NCBI GenBank assembly: GCA_000004985.1
Contig: GG738911.1
Direction: 5' to 3' (one strand)
Source of the DNA: Naegleria gruberi
Taxonomy: Eukaryota
DNA: 64,000 nt
Shown piece after piece: positions 1-9,273 of the stretch. The position numbers were made by a program, and so were the translations under genes. The notes under the pieces were generated by a model that was given only the letters and a program-made list of their open reading frames with translations, had not been told where the DNA came from and made no database searches. Each line of letters begins with the position of its first letter. Within the stretch, counting starts at the first letter, position 1.

Positions 1-149
1 TCAATCTAATGAGTAGATTCACGTCCCAAACATTTGACTTCTCAAAGTCCATAATTCAAAAGTTAGTACTGACCTGACCTTTAAATATCTATCAATGCAA
101 GAAATGAAACCATCAAATTTACATCATTTATAGATGATAAGAAATATAA

Positions 150-1319
150 TCAATGATATAAATCTTCACTAAGTAATATATTAAATAACCCAAATAAATC
201 AACTCTGAATCCTAACCAAACCCAAACCCCCCCACCCAAACCCAACCCAAACCCAACCCCAAACCCTGAAACATAATCATCACATTGCATATCAGATAAG
301 GTTGAATATTGCATCAAATTCTTAGTTCTGGTTGAGGCAATTTCAAAGGTTTTAACTTGGGCAACCTTTTCAGAGGATGTTTCATTGTGAATGAGTTTAA
401 GCAAATCATCCATTCCCAAATTATTGACCTTCTCTTCTCCCAATTCTTTAATTTTTTTAGCAACAAGATTGTCCATATCTTCATCTTCCACACAACCATT
501 AATCACCAAATTTGGAATCTTATTAGCATCTGTTAAGAGTAAACATTTACCATCAGTTTTAGTTGTCAAATAATCCATAAACAAGGTCAATTGTTGATCA
601 TCCTTAGCTCTTTCACACAAAATTCCATAAAAGACAACATTCTTCTCCTGGAGAGCAGATCCCAATTTGATCCAATCAATGACATTTCCTTGTTGATCCT
701 TACATCCTTCTGGATAGCTATCAGATGATGTTTTCATTCCATGTGGAGGAGCATCAGCAACCCAAACAACAATCTTCTTTCCCTTCTTATTAAATGGCAT
801 TTCATTAATGACATAGAGAGCTGATGCCAAAGCTTCTGGATGATCACCTCCACCTTGAGCTGACATTGTATTGATATAACCCTTTGCCTTATTTAAATCC
901 TTTGTAAATGGGAATTCCTTAACTGCATAATCATCAGTGTGATCTCTATAACTGACAGCTGAAAATCTCAAATCAGATTGAAACTTTTCATGAAGTGTTG
1001 AGATGATAGTAGTGACAGTTCGTTTGGCAACTTCAATTTCACCAGACATTGATCCAGTACAATCCATTACAATAACCAAATCAACAATATTTTCACTGTG
1101 GTCAACCAATTCTTGATCATAACCTTCTTCTTCCAAATGTTTAGCACGAATCCAAGCACCAGGTCTTTGAGAATTGCTGTTGTGTTTGTGTTCATCATCA
1201 TGACGATCCACAATTGACAAATCATCCATTCTTCTTCCTAATTTTTCTTCGACTGGCAACATTTCGTCAAAACAATCATCATCACAATTGTTTAAATCTG
1301 AAGGAATGTAGAGATCCAT
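150..1319 (-). CDS. von Willebrand factor A (vWA) domain protein with Gly-rich C-terminal tail
   Basis: 389-aa ORF. 'DLVIVMDCTGSMSGEIE...SAQGGGDHPEALASAL...KIVVWVADAPPHG' fits the vWA/MIDAS-type Rossmann fold pattern. The tail 'GFGVGFGLGLGGGVWVW' is encoded by the G-rich repeat at 211-266, so the true stop is uncertain. Confidence 0.6.
   Translation of the reverse strand: MDLYIPSDLNNCDDDCFDEMLPVEEKLGRRMDDLSIVDRHDDEHKHNSNSQRPGAWIRAKHLEEEGYDQELVDHSENIVDLVIVMDCTGSMSGEIEVAKRTVTTIISTLHEKFQSDLRFSAVSYRDHTDDYAVKEFPFTKDLNKAKGYINTMSAQGGGDHPEALASALYVINEMPFNKKGKKIVVWVADAPPHGMKTSSDSYPEGCKDQQGNVIDWIKLGSALQEKNVVFYGILCERAKDDQQLTLFMDYLTTKTDGKCLLLTDANKIPNLVINGCVEDEDMDNLVAKKIKELGEEKVNNLGMDDLLKLIHNETSSEKVAQVKTFEIASTRTKNLMQYSTLSDMQCDDYVSGFGVGFGLGLGGGVWVWLGFRVDLFGLFNILLSEDLYH
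211..266. repeat. degenerate C3A2-3 / (GGGTTT)-like G-tract microsatellite, G-rich on minus strand
   Basis: Plus strand reads cctaaccaaacccaaacccccccacccaaacccaacccaaacccaaccccaaaccc. At least 8 G-runs of 3 or more on the minus strand. Confidence 0.6.
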
Positions 1320-1595
1320 TATTTTTGATAGTGTAGGTTATTAAAGTTTCTGTTTTTTTTGATTTTGTTTGGATATGAACTTTTTGTTGGTTTGATTTAA
1401 ACCTTGTGTGAAGAATAGCAAGTTCATTGTTCAAAAGTTTAGTTGGCAATGACGAAGAAGTTCCAATGCACAGGGAGATACAGTTTGCAATTCTAGAATA
1501 AACTCAATATTCAATGAATTAGTACACTTTCGAATAGAATAGAATAGAATAAACGAAACCTGAGAATAAAATCGAATAAAAGTAAACTGATTTAT

Positions 1596-3590
1596 TTACA
1601 AATTATTTTCACTGTAATAACTTGCTTCCAATTGTAATGAATTTGGATTTCCTCTCCTTACTAATCCAGTTGTCTCTTGTGAATATTGCAAATTATTCTT
1701 CTTCTTCCAATAAATTCCACAAGCAAGGAATAAAATTAAAGTTCCAATTAAAGATAATGTCAATAACACAATAGTTACAATAAATCCAGTAATGCTTTGA
1801 CCAAGTAAGTGTTGAGATGAAGAAGATTTCACATTCAATTGAGTGACAGATGGCAGAAGTGTAAATTGGGAGAAACCTTCACTAGGACCCTCAATTGCAA
1901 TGAAATAAATTTGAGAATTTGATGAAGGATTATCCAATGATTGAATGTGATTTGAAAGCATTCTTACTGAATAGTGTTGATTAGTTGGTTTGAAATTTTG
2001 GCCAACCAGCACAATGACATCTTTTCCAGATAAGGTAGAACATGAAAGAGACAATCTTGAATGAGATGGAATGGTTATTTGATAGAGAGCTGATTCTCCT
2101 GATTGGATTTTCTTGGAAATTGTCGAATCTTGAATGAGTGGAATTCCATTTTCTCTTTCGAATGAAGTTATTGGATTTGGTTGAGGAGATGGAATTGGAT
2201 GTGGACCTTTCGAATAACTAGGAATTGGTCTTGGAATAGATGGCGATGGTTTTGGTGGAACAATAGTTGGTTCAGGTTTTGGTGGAATTACAGAAGGTTC
2301 TGGTCTAGGTCTGGAAGGAGATGGAATTGGTTGAGGTGGAACGGATGGAGAAGGAGTTGGAGTTGGAGGAATGAAAATCTTTTTGGCAACAACATATAGT
2401 TGATACGAGTTGACCATCACATTTTCTTGACAATTCAAATGGAAAGAACCATCCTTAAAAGTGGCCTTTTCTGGAGAAATGTGCAAATTGTCCTTTCCAA
2501 ATGCAAATGCGCATGCAAGTGTTGAATTATCTAATTCCTTATCCAAATTTGAAATTGTGAATTCTCTCCAAGATTTCACACCAAAACTCAATAAATTCTG
2601 AGAAATATCGAATGAGTAAATTGAATAATAATCTGATTTGGAAACTGGATCGATAATTAATTGACCAACTGTCTCATTTCTTACTAGCTTGAATGATGGT
2701 TCAACTTCTTGACTGATTTCAGTATTATCAGTGGTCAATTGGAAAGAAAATTCCAATTTATCTTTTTCTAAACTAAACTCTAACATTCTAGAATAATAAA
2801 TGGAATATTCTTGTTCAAAGTTTGCTGAACTACCCTCAAAGGCGCAAATAGCAAATGTATATGAAGTATCCGAACCGGTTCTCGTGTCAATTTCCAATTT
2901 CCAAGGTCCTTCAAATGGTTGATCATCAAATAAAAGTTCAAAGATTTTCGATTTTGTGTGAACTTTGAATATTCTGAATGATTTTGGATCCACATTGAAA
3001 ATTGAACTAGATTTGATAAATTCAACAGTAATGGCATTGAAATCGAAAACATCACTTGTTGATACTGTAATATGATAAAGATCAAATACTCCTAAAATGG
3101 TTAATGGTTGTTGAATAGTATGTGGAAATATAAAATCTTGATATGAACTGACATCTCTATTAGCTAGAGTGAATTGACCCTTAAGGTCACTATTAGGATT
3201 GACTGTCACTTGCAAAATATCCTTATCTGACCAACCTGTCACAAATTTTGACAAGAAAAATGGATCAATTGTAACTGGTTCTCCAAAATTGATAACATGT
3301 TCTTCTCTCTTGAATTTCTTGGAAATGAGCAAAACAATAAATTCAGTAGCTCTGATATCTTCTGAACAATCTAAAAAGTATTTGGAAACCTTGTCAACTG
3401 GATCTTGTGAAAAGGTTGGTTTGTCATCACTGTATTCAATTGTAGAATAGGCACCATTTGAATCCTTAATTAAATAAGCACATGTCATTTCACTGAATTT
3501 GACATCAATGGCATTTCCATTCTTATCAGAAAATGACATTGAAGGAAGGAATTTGAAAATTCTGCCCTCATCATAATTCATAATTTCCAA
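1596..3590 (-). CDS. C-terminal segment of the same membrane protein: ectodomain, Pro-rich stalk, single TM, short cytosolic tail
   Basis: 664-aa ORF with no ATG or signal peptide at its 5' end (the tool used TTG). Pro-rich 'PPTPTPSPSVPPQPIPSPSRPRPEPSVIPPKPEP', then TM 'ITGFIVTIVLLTLSLIGTLILFLACGIYW'. Overlaps the upstream ORF by 13 nt in the -1 frame. No intron signal at the junction. Confidence 0.55.
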   Translation of the reverse strand: MEIMNYDEGRIFKFLPSMSFSDKNGNAIDVKFSEMTCAYLIKDSNGAYSTIEYSDDKPTFSQDPVDKVSKYFLDCSEDIRATEFIVLLISKKFKREEHVINFGEPVTIDPFFLSKFVTGWSDKDILQVTVNPNSDLKGQFTLANRDVSSYQDFIFPHTIQQPLTILGVFDLYHITVSTSDVFDFNAITVEFIKSSSIFNVDPKSFRIFKVHTKSKIFELLFDDQPFEGPWKLEIDTRTGSDTSYTFAICAFEGSSANFEQEYSIYYSRMLEFSLEKDKLEFSFQLTTDNTEISQEVEPSFKLVRNETVGQLIIDPVSKSDYYSIYSFDISQNLLSFGVKSWREFTISNLDKELDNSTLACAFAFGKDNLHISPEKATFKDGSFHLNCQENVMVNSYQLYVVAKKIFIPPTPTPSPSVPPQPIPSPSRPRPEPSVIPPKPEPTIVPPKPSPSIPRPIPSYSKGPHPIPSPQPNPITSFERENGIPLIQDSTISKKIQSGESALYQITIPSHSRLSLSCSTLSGKDVIVLVGQNFKPTNQHYSVRMLSNHIQSLDNPSSNSQIYFIAIEGPSEGFSQFTLLPSVTQLNVKSSSSQHLLGQSITGFIVTIVLLTLSLIGTLILFLACGIYWKKKNNLQYSQETTGLVRRGNPNSLQLEASYYSENNL

Positions 3591-5386
3591 CCTTGATAAT
3601 AATCTAATTTGAAACTTTCCAAAATATTATACGATTCGTCAACTACATTATTAGAATCTCCTTCAAACTTGTCTAAAACATAAAAAGGTCTCGATTGAGT
3701 TTCTGGTCTAATTTCAACTTTTTCAAAATAAACTGTCACATTCAAATTATCCAAATTATGATATTCAATATTTCTTGCATAATTCACAAACACTGCTTCC
3801 CCTAATACGGCAGTACTCTTATCGTAAATCCACAAACCAAATACTAAATTAGTGTTATTGTAAACTGTTGGATCAAATGCCCATTTAGCTTCTCCTAATT
3901 TAGGAATATCAGGTTGGAATAATTCAAAACTATTGGTTGATTCATTAAGAATTGTGACTCTCATTGAGAACGGATCCACATGTGGTTGCAATGAATTAGT
4001 ATACTCAAAATAAATCATATTATCCGAAACATCCAAACGATGTGCTGTAAAATCAATTGAAAATGCAAACTTTAAACTGAGTGGCTTTTGAATTGTCGAA
4101 GGAGCTGCATACTTTGAATAAATTGCAGTATTTTGATTGTTAATCATAAAACTTCCTGACAATTTGGAATTCTTATCAAAACTTGCAATCAAATTGTCAT
4201 ATTGTTCTCCATTTTTGAGTTCATAACTAGCAATCATGTATGAAGTAATTCCACACTCAGTTCCAAATTTGCATACAGCTCTAGTTCTGTCATCATACTT
4301 TCTGGCAAACATGAACAATGTAAAATCAGAAGTCAATTGTCTATCTGAACATGTCAACACAAACGATTGATAACTATTCACACTATTTCTGGAGGTAACT
4401 TCCAAAACTTGAGAGTTTTCATCCACGACTATTTTTCCATTCTCTTCATATGCACAAACTATTGACATTGGGTCAACAAATTTTGCAGTACGATCTAGTG
4501 ATGAATATGAAACAAATCCTGATTTTTTCGAATAATCAAATGAGATGCTCATTCGTTGATGGAGAGGAGTTGTTCCAACATTGAAAACTGACAGATCGAT
4601 GGCAATCAAATTGTAATCATAAGGTTCTGGAATTTTCACACCACCATCATAAGCATACTCTAATTGAATAGCTGGACTGCTGTCAATTTGATCTGGATCA
4701 ATGACAGGAGCATTGTCATATGACAGGAGAAGAATCATTTGTGAACTGTAATAAAACAATTGTCTTTCGATATCTCGTGGATAACTAATTCTAAGTTTTT
4801 GTTTGAAATCTCCTTCAACAATGGCTTTTACATAATATTGGAAAGCAATATAGTTTCTCTTCATGGATTGAAGTGTTGAAAAGGAAATTTCAAAAGAACT
4901 ATCTAAATGGTATAGTCCAGTATTATTGAAAGGAATAGTTTCCTTCTTGACGAAAGGATTCGACAATTTAACTCCGATTAGTTCCATTTCGTATGGATTG
5001 ATATTCTTCATCAATGCTCTGTTGAGCACCACTTGAACACTGCCATCTGTCATTCCACTTGCCAATGTAACATTTGACATGTCGAGAGTGAATATCCATG
5101 AAGCTAAATATTTTTTGGCATCAAATGGCGGAGTTGGATCGAAAATGTACTGCGTTTTAGTGTTGAGTACATAACTTCCTTGCAAATCTTTAAAATTCAA
5201 GCTCATTGCACCATGCAGGTTTGGAGTGGAAAGTTGGTAAATTGGAAGAATCGAATAATCTATCGGATAGGTGTAAGATAAATGTTGAAAGTGTCGGACA
5301 GGTGTTGAGTCAACTAGATGAAACAACGCTGTGAAGAGAAGCTGCACAACTAATAGGATGTGAGCGAAAGTGTGCACTTGTTTCAT
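3578..5386 (-). CDS. secreted / type-I membrane protein, N-terminal segment (signal peptide plus large ectodomain)
   Basis: 602-aa ORF starting with ATG. N-terminus 'MKQVHTFAHILLVVQLLFTALFHLVDS' is a signal peptide. No recognisable domain. Ends at a TGA that overlaps the start of the next ORF in the -1 frame. Confidence 0.6.
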   Translation of the reverse strand: MKQVHTFAHILLVVQLLFTALFHLVDSTPVRHFQHLSYTYPIDYSILPIYQLSTPNLHGAMSLNFKDLQGSYVLNTKTQYIFDPTPPFDAKKYLASWIFTLDMSNVTLASGMTDGSVQVVLNRALMKNINPYEMELIGVKLSNPFVKKETIPFNNTGLYHLDSSFEISFSTLQSMKRNYIAFQYYVKAIVEGDFKQKLRISYPRDIERQLFYYSSQMILLLSYDNAPVIDPDQIDSSPAIQLEYAYDGGVKIPEPYDYNLIAIDLSVFNVGTTPLHQRMSISFDYSKKSGFVSYSSLDRTAKFVDPMSIVCAYEENGKIVVDENSQVLEVTSRNSVNSYQSFVLTCSDRQLTSDFTLFMFARKYDDRTRAVCKFGTECGITSYMIASYELKNGEQYDNLIASFDKNSKLSGSFMINNQNTAIYSKYAAPSTIQKPLSLKFAFSIDFTAHRLDVSDNMIYFEYTNSLQPHVDPFSMRVTILNESTNSFELFQPDIPKLGEAKWAFDPTVYNNTNLVFGLWIYDKSTAVLGEAVFVNYARNIEYHNLDNLNVTVYFEKVEIRPETQSRPFYVLDKFEGDSNNVVDESYNILESFKLDYYQGWKL

Positions 5387-6327
5387 GTTTACTATTTTTT
5401 TTTACAGCGGAAAAACCAAGGAATGCGCTAAAAAATAGTTTTTCCTTGCTCAGTCTCCGGAGAGTTGAACTCCTGTTGTAATGGGCAGATATTTATACTA
5501 TTAAATGAGACTTTTAAGTTTGAACTGTTCAAATAGTCACATCGTTCATGTTAAATGGAAATAGTTTTCAGAATTACTGATCTATTTTCTTTCAACACCT
5601 TGGTCTCCCTCCGATGGTGGTGATAAATCTCAGGGTGGACTTGGGCTTTCATCTCCTGTTGATATAAGTCACGTGGAAAGGATGGCATCTGTCTGTAGGA
5701 TTGTTAATTCCACTCTCCTATTAATCTTGTGTAACCGTACCAATCAAGCCTGTCTCCAACCTAAGAAATGCTATCATTGAAACTCAGCGATACAAAAAAA
5801 TTATCAATGAGTTGGGCCAATGACTACAATTGGCCTAATAGCACTCTCTCCAGGAAACTCTCTCTTGTTTTATTATCAGCAAAGACTCCTCTACTTTAAT
5901 CTCCACCACTCAATTTTACTAAATGTTACTAGGTAATGACAGTATTTGTGAAAATGTAATGTCAAGGAAGATTGGACCCATGTATTCCAAACTTGTCCCA
6001 AATGCAATCCTGAAAAGGATGAACTGTATGCGACATGGGATGCTATCGCCCAGAAATTTAGCCTTAAAAAGATTCGTTTCCCTCCTGATAGCTCAACTAA
6101 GGATAGAATCACAAGATCATTATTGAGGTACATGACAATAACACTAAATTGTATTTGAATTTGAAAAGTGAGCACTGTGAAGCTGGCGATGTTCAAGCAG
6201 TTAGAGATGAGTTTCGTCTTTTGAGTGAGAATTCTTTGGTAATTGCATTTCAGCGACATCCAATAGTCTCGATAAATACCTTAACATGGGCTTTTGAAGA
6301 TAGATTTGATCTAAATAGCTAAAAGAA

Positions 6328-6401
6328 TGCCTCCCTTGGGAATCGAACCCAAGACCTCTGTCTTACTAGGACAGCGCTACTGCCAACTGAGCTAGGAAGG
6401 C
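6328..6401 (-). tRNA. tRNA-Thr (anticodon AGT)
   Basis: Minus-strand read GCCTTCCTAGCTCAGTTGGCAGTAGCGCTGTCCTAGTAAGACAGAGGTCTTGGGTTCGATTCCCAAGGGAGGCA. Anticodon stem CTGTC/GACAG, loop CTAGTAA. T-arm TTGGG/TTCGATT/CCCAA. Acceptor 7 bp with one G-U. T-run downstream. Confidence 0.85.
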
Positions 6402-7617
6402 TTGTCATTCAAGAATAATATATCTTCAATATATTAGGAATTAGATGTTTTGGATAATAATTAAAAGAGGGCATTCGTATGATTTAGCCTATATGATCAC
6501 AGTCTTGAACTGTTGCTTCTTGTAAATTTCCCTCAATTGTTCAACCTTGTCTTCTATTTGAGAAACTAGTTTAGAGAAACTCCATTGCTTTTCTGGCAAA
6601 CCATTTCCAATAATAATAATAATAATATGGTGTAAATAATATATTCCTTCTTTCCAAAATGTATAATCCTATCAATTATTATCAATAAATATCAATTAAT
6701 CATCCTACCTATAACATTACTGTACCGTTGTATTGGTAATAGGATGATCGATGACTGTCGTTCTTCAGGTACTAGAAAATAGCCTGCATGGTACTTGCTT
6801 ATTTTTAAATGTTCGTTTTTGTAAACTGCTAAAAAATATTTGGGATTTGATATTAAATTATTTATTAAAAAATTTGTGAATGAATCATGATGGATACAGT
6901 ATTTGTTGAATGTTGAAGCCATTCCTTCATATAATTTAAAAAGATTTGATGCACAACATGGAAAGACTAGTATAATGTTGGATTTATTGTTTTTTCTTGA
7001 TTTTATGATCATTTGCGGATTTTTAAAGGGAATTTGTAAATTTTGGAAAAGTATTGTTGCGTTGATGAATTAAAACTCTCACCTATAGCTTCTAACATCA
7101 GTTATAGTATAGTAAAGTGGGTGCGATGGTTTTAGTTCGATACCAATTGCATCAAATTATTAATTTCCAATTTTCACCATCATCAAAGTGATAAGAAACA
7201 GAACAAATCGTCAGAGATTGTTCTACATCATCAATAACATCATCATGGAAAGTGGCGATTTTTACTTTCAAGCATTCACATAGTTTAGCAAGGTCACCAT
7301 GGTTAAATTTCAAAAGCAAAATTTACTTTTGAAAACTTGTTTGATTTCTAATTTAGGCCTCACTGGTAATGTTTATTTACTATGTGTATATTCTCCAATC
7401 AATATTTTGCAATAACTTCTAGTGATTGGGGTTGATTTTTACCTTGCACCCGAACCTCTCTAATTCTTTACCCACATGACCAATCACCCTTTCTACAACA
7501 ATAAACACATCTCTAGTATGTCTACTAACTCTCCTATCTGTCTTGTTTCTTCACTTGAAGTATTTCTCCCAACATTCAACAACTCTCTTCATCACATAAT
7601 ATTATTCCAACAAAAAA

Positions 7618-9027
7618 ATGTACAAAACCCTAGCAAGGCAGAATCAAGCCTTGTTTTCCAATCATCACTTTCGGAAGAGAATATCATATTCATCATCTTT
7701 ATCTTGGAATTATAATTCCAACAACAAGAACATTATTCAATCGTTTTCTTCCACGATACAATCATCTTCATCTTCCTCTATTATAAATAATAATAATCCA
7801 TTCTATTCTCATCATCATCCACTTCCAACTTCATCACCATTCAATAGTAGTAATGGAAGTAGTAACAAGAAAAATCAGAGAAAAAACAAGATGAAAATAC
7901 TATTCGGATTATTATGCCTCTCTTGCTTTTTATTTGAATATTCGATGGAGAATTGGAATAACAAGGTGATTAAATCGTATATTGCTTTCAATTCTTTGGA
8001 GAGGAAGAGATTGGAGGAGATGAATTTTGAGCTTTTTGATACAAGGAAATTAATTCCAGATATTATGGAACAAGTGATGAAAACAATACGAGAGAGGATG
8101 ACTTTACGAAATATCGATGAGTTGGATTCTGAGGAAGAGAAGACACAAAATGGATGGGTGAATCGATTGGAAAATTGGCTATTCAATGGTCATGACAATT
8201 GGTGGAGTTCAATTTCTCTTGGATATGTCATCATTCCGAGGAGTGTTGTCCTAACAGCAGGTACATTGCTTTTCCCTCTAGCCTTGTGTTTCACACCTCT
8301 ACATATTCTTACCTATCCACTTGGATTCATTTTGAATGTAGCGATGGAACATGTGGTAAGTGAGGAGGAAAATACCAAGGACAGAGATCAATTTCAAATG
8401 AATTGGAAAATGCAAACATTGGAAGTGATTGCAGATTTAGGACATTTGTATTCCATAATAACGAGAATTCCACAAACATTTTGCGAGCAAGTTGTAAATA
8501 ATTGGCAAGTTCCACAACACGAATGGAAGGAGAAGGAGGATTACCTCTTCTTGAAAATGGCCTACTCCAATCAGGAAAATGAATTATTGAGCCAAGAGGA
8601 AATTCACTCTGTCAACACTTTGATAGGAGATTTGGAATTTTATGATCAATCTCAAAAGTATTGCACTCGATATGATTGGGTCACTCAATCGCCACTCTAC
8701 ATTAACAATAGTACAGAGAGAGCATTTGGTCACTCGTATAATTTGTGGGCCGCTCTTGCATTGAGTAAGAGTGCCATTCTGTGGCTTTGCAATTCTGATT
8801 GTGAAATCAGAGTTGATAAGGACAAGATTGAGGAAAATAAGAAACAACGAAAGAGGAGAATTCAGGTAGCTTTGGAAAATTTTGAAAAGGCAAACAAGAT
8901 TTTTGCATTCATATTGGAAAATCCTTCAAAATCTTTAACAATTGAATCATCCAAAGTGAAGGAACTCAAATCAAAGATTGAGGAAAATATCAAAATTGCC
9001 AATTTTGAATTGGAAAAGCTGGAATAA
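7618..9027 (+). CDS. hypothetical protein with S/N-rich N-terminus, internal hydrophobic segments and K/E-rich C-terminus
   Basis: 469-aa ORF with ATG at 7618. Signal-like 'MKILFGLLCLSCFLFEYS' at aa ~92 could be the true start. TM-like 'VVLTAGTLLFPLALCFTPLHILTYPLGFILNVA'. Confidence 0.5.
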   Translation: MYKTLARQNQALFSNHHFRKRISYSSSLSWNYNSNNKNIIQSFSSTIQSSSSSSIINNNNPFYSHHHPLPTSSPFNSSNGSSNKKNQRKNKMKILFGLLCLSCFLFEYSMENWNNKVIKSYIAFNSLERKRLEEMNFELFDTRKLIPDIMEQVMKTIRERMTLRNIDELDSEEEKTQNGWVNRLENWLFNGHDNWWSSISLGYVIIPRSVVLTAGTLLFPLALCFTPLHILTYPLGFILNVAMEHVVSEEENTKDRDQFQMNWKMQTLEVIADLGHLYSIITRIPQTFCEQVVNNWQVPQHEWKEKEDYLFLKMAYSNQENELLSQEEIHSVNTLIGDLEFYDQSQKYCTRYDWVTQSPLYINNSTERAFGHSYNLWAALALSKSAILWLCNSDCEIRVDKDKIEENKKQRKRRIQVALENFEKANKIFAFILENPSKSLTIESSKVKELKSKIEENIKIANFELEKLE

Positions 9028-9273
9028 ATTGTTTTGCCAAAACATTCCGTTAAATTGTAAAATATTCTAAAGTTTAAAAAAATCTCAAAATGTTGAACTG
9101 TAAAACCATACTAACAAAACAGGAGACCATCTCTCTTTCATGAGCCATCATTACACTAATTCCACCATTATAAATTACATTAAAAAAGCAAACAACACGG
9201 TAAACCTTTCGAATAGTAAATACATCAACAACTAAACTAAAATATTAGAAAGTTTTATTATTTAATATCATCA

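Noticed and set aside
211-266. Chromosome end or true telomere
   Set aside because: Internal position 200 nt from the window start, with unique coding sequence on both sides. The repeat is degenerate and short.
2181-2399. W/R-rich 72-aa ORF on the plus strand, and many other 60-100-aa ORFs antisense to or nested in long genes (e.g. 10035..10292, 20080..20316, 24942..25260, 38136..39151)
   Set aside because: These are antisense or frame artefacts of the Pro-rich, Ser-rich or Cys-rich coding repeats of the genuine genes. They have no independent start context or conservation.
7080-7150. Possible tRNA ('...GGTTTTAGTTCGATACC...')
   Set aside because: Only a T-loop-like TTCGAT. No acceptor/D/anticodon stems can be formed.
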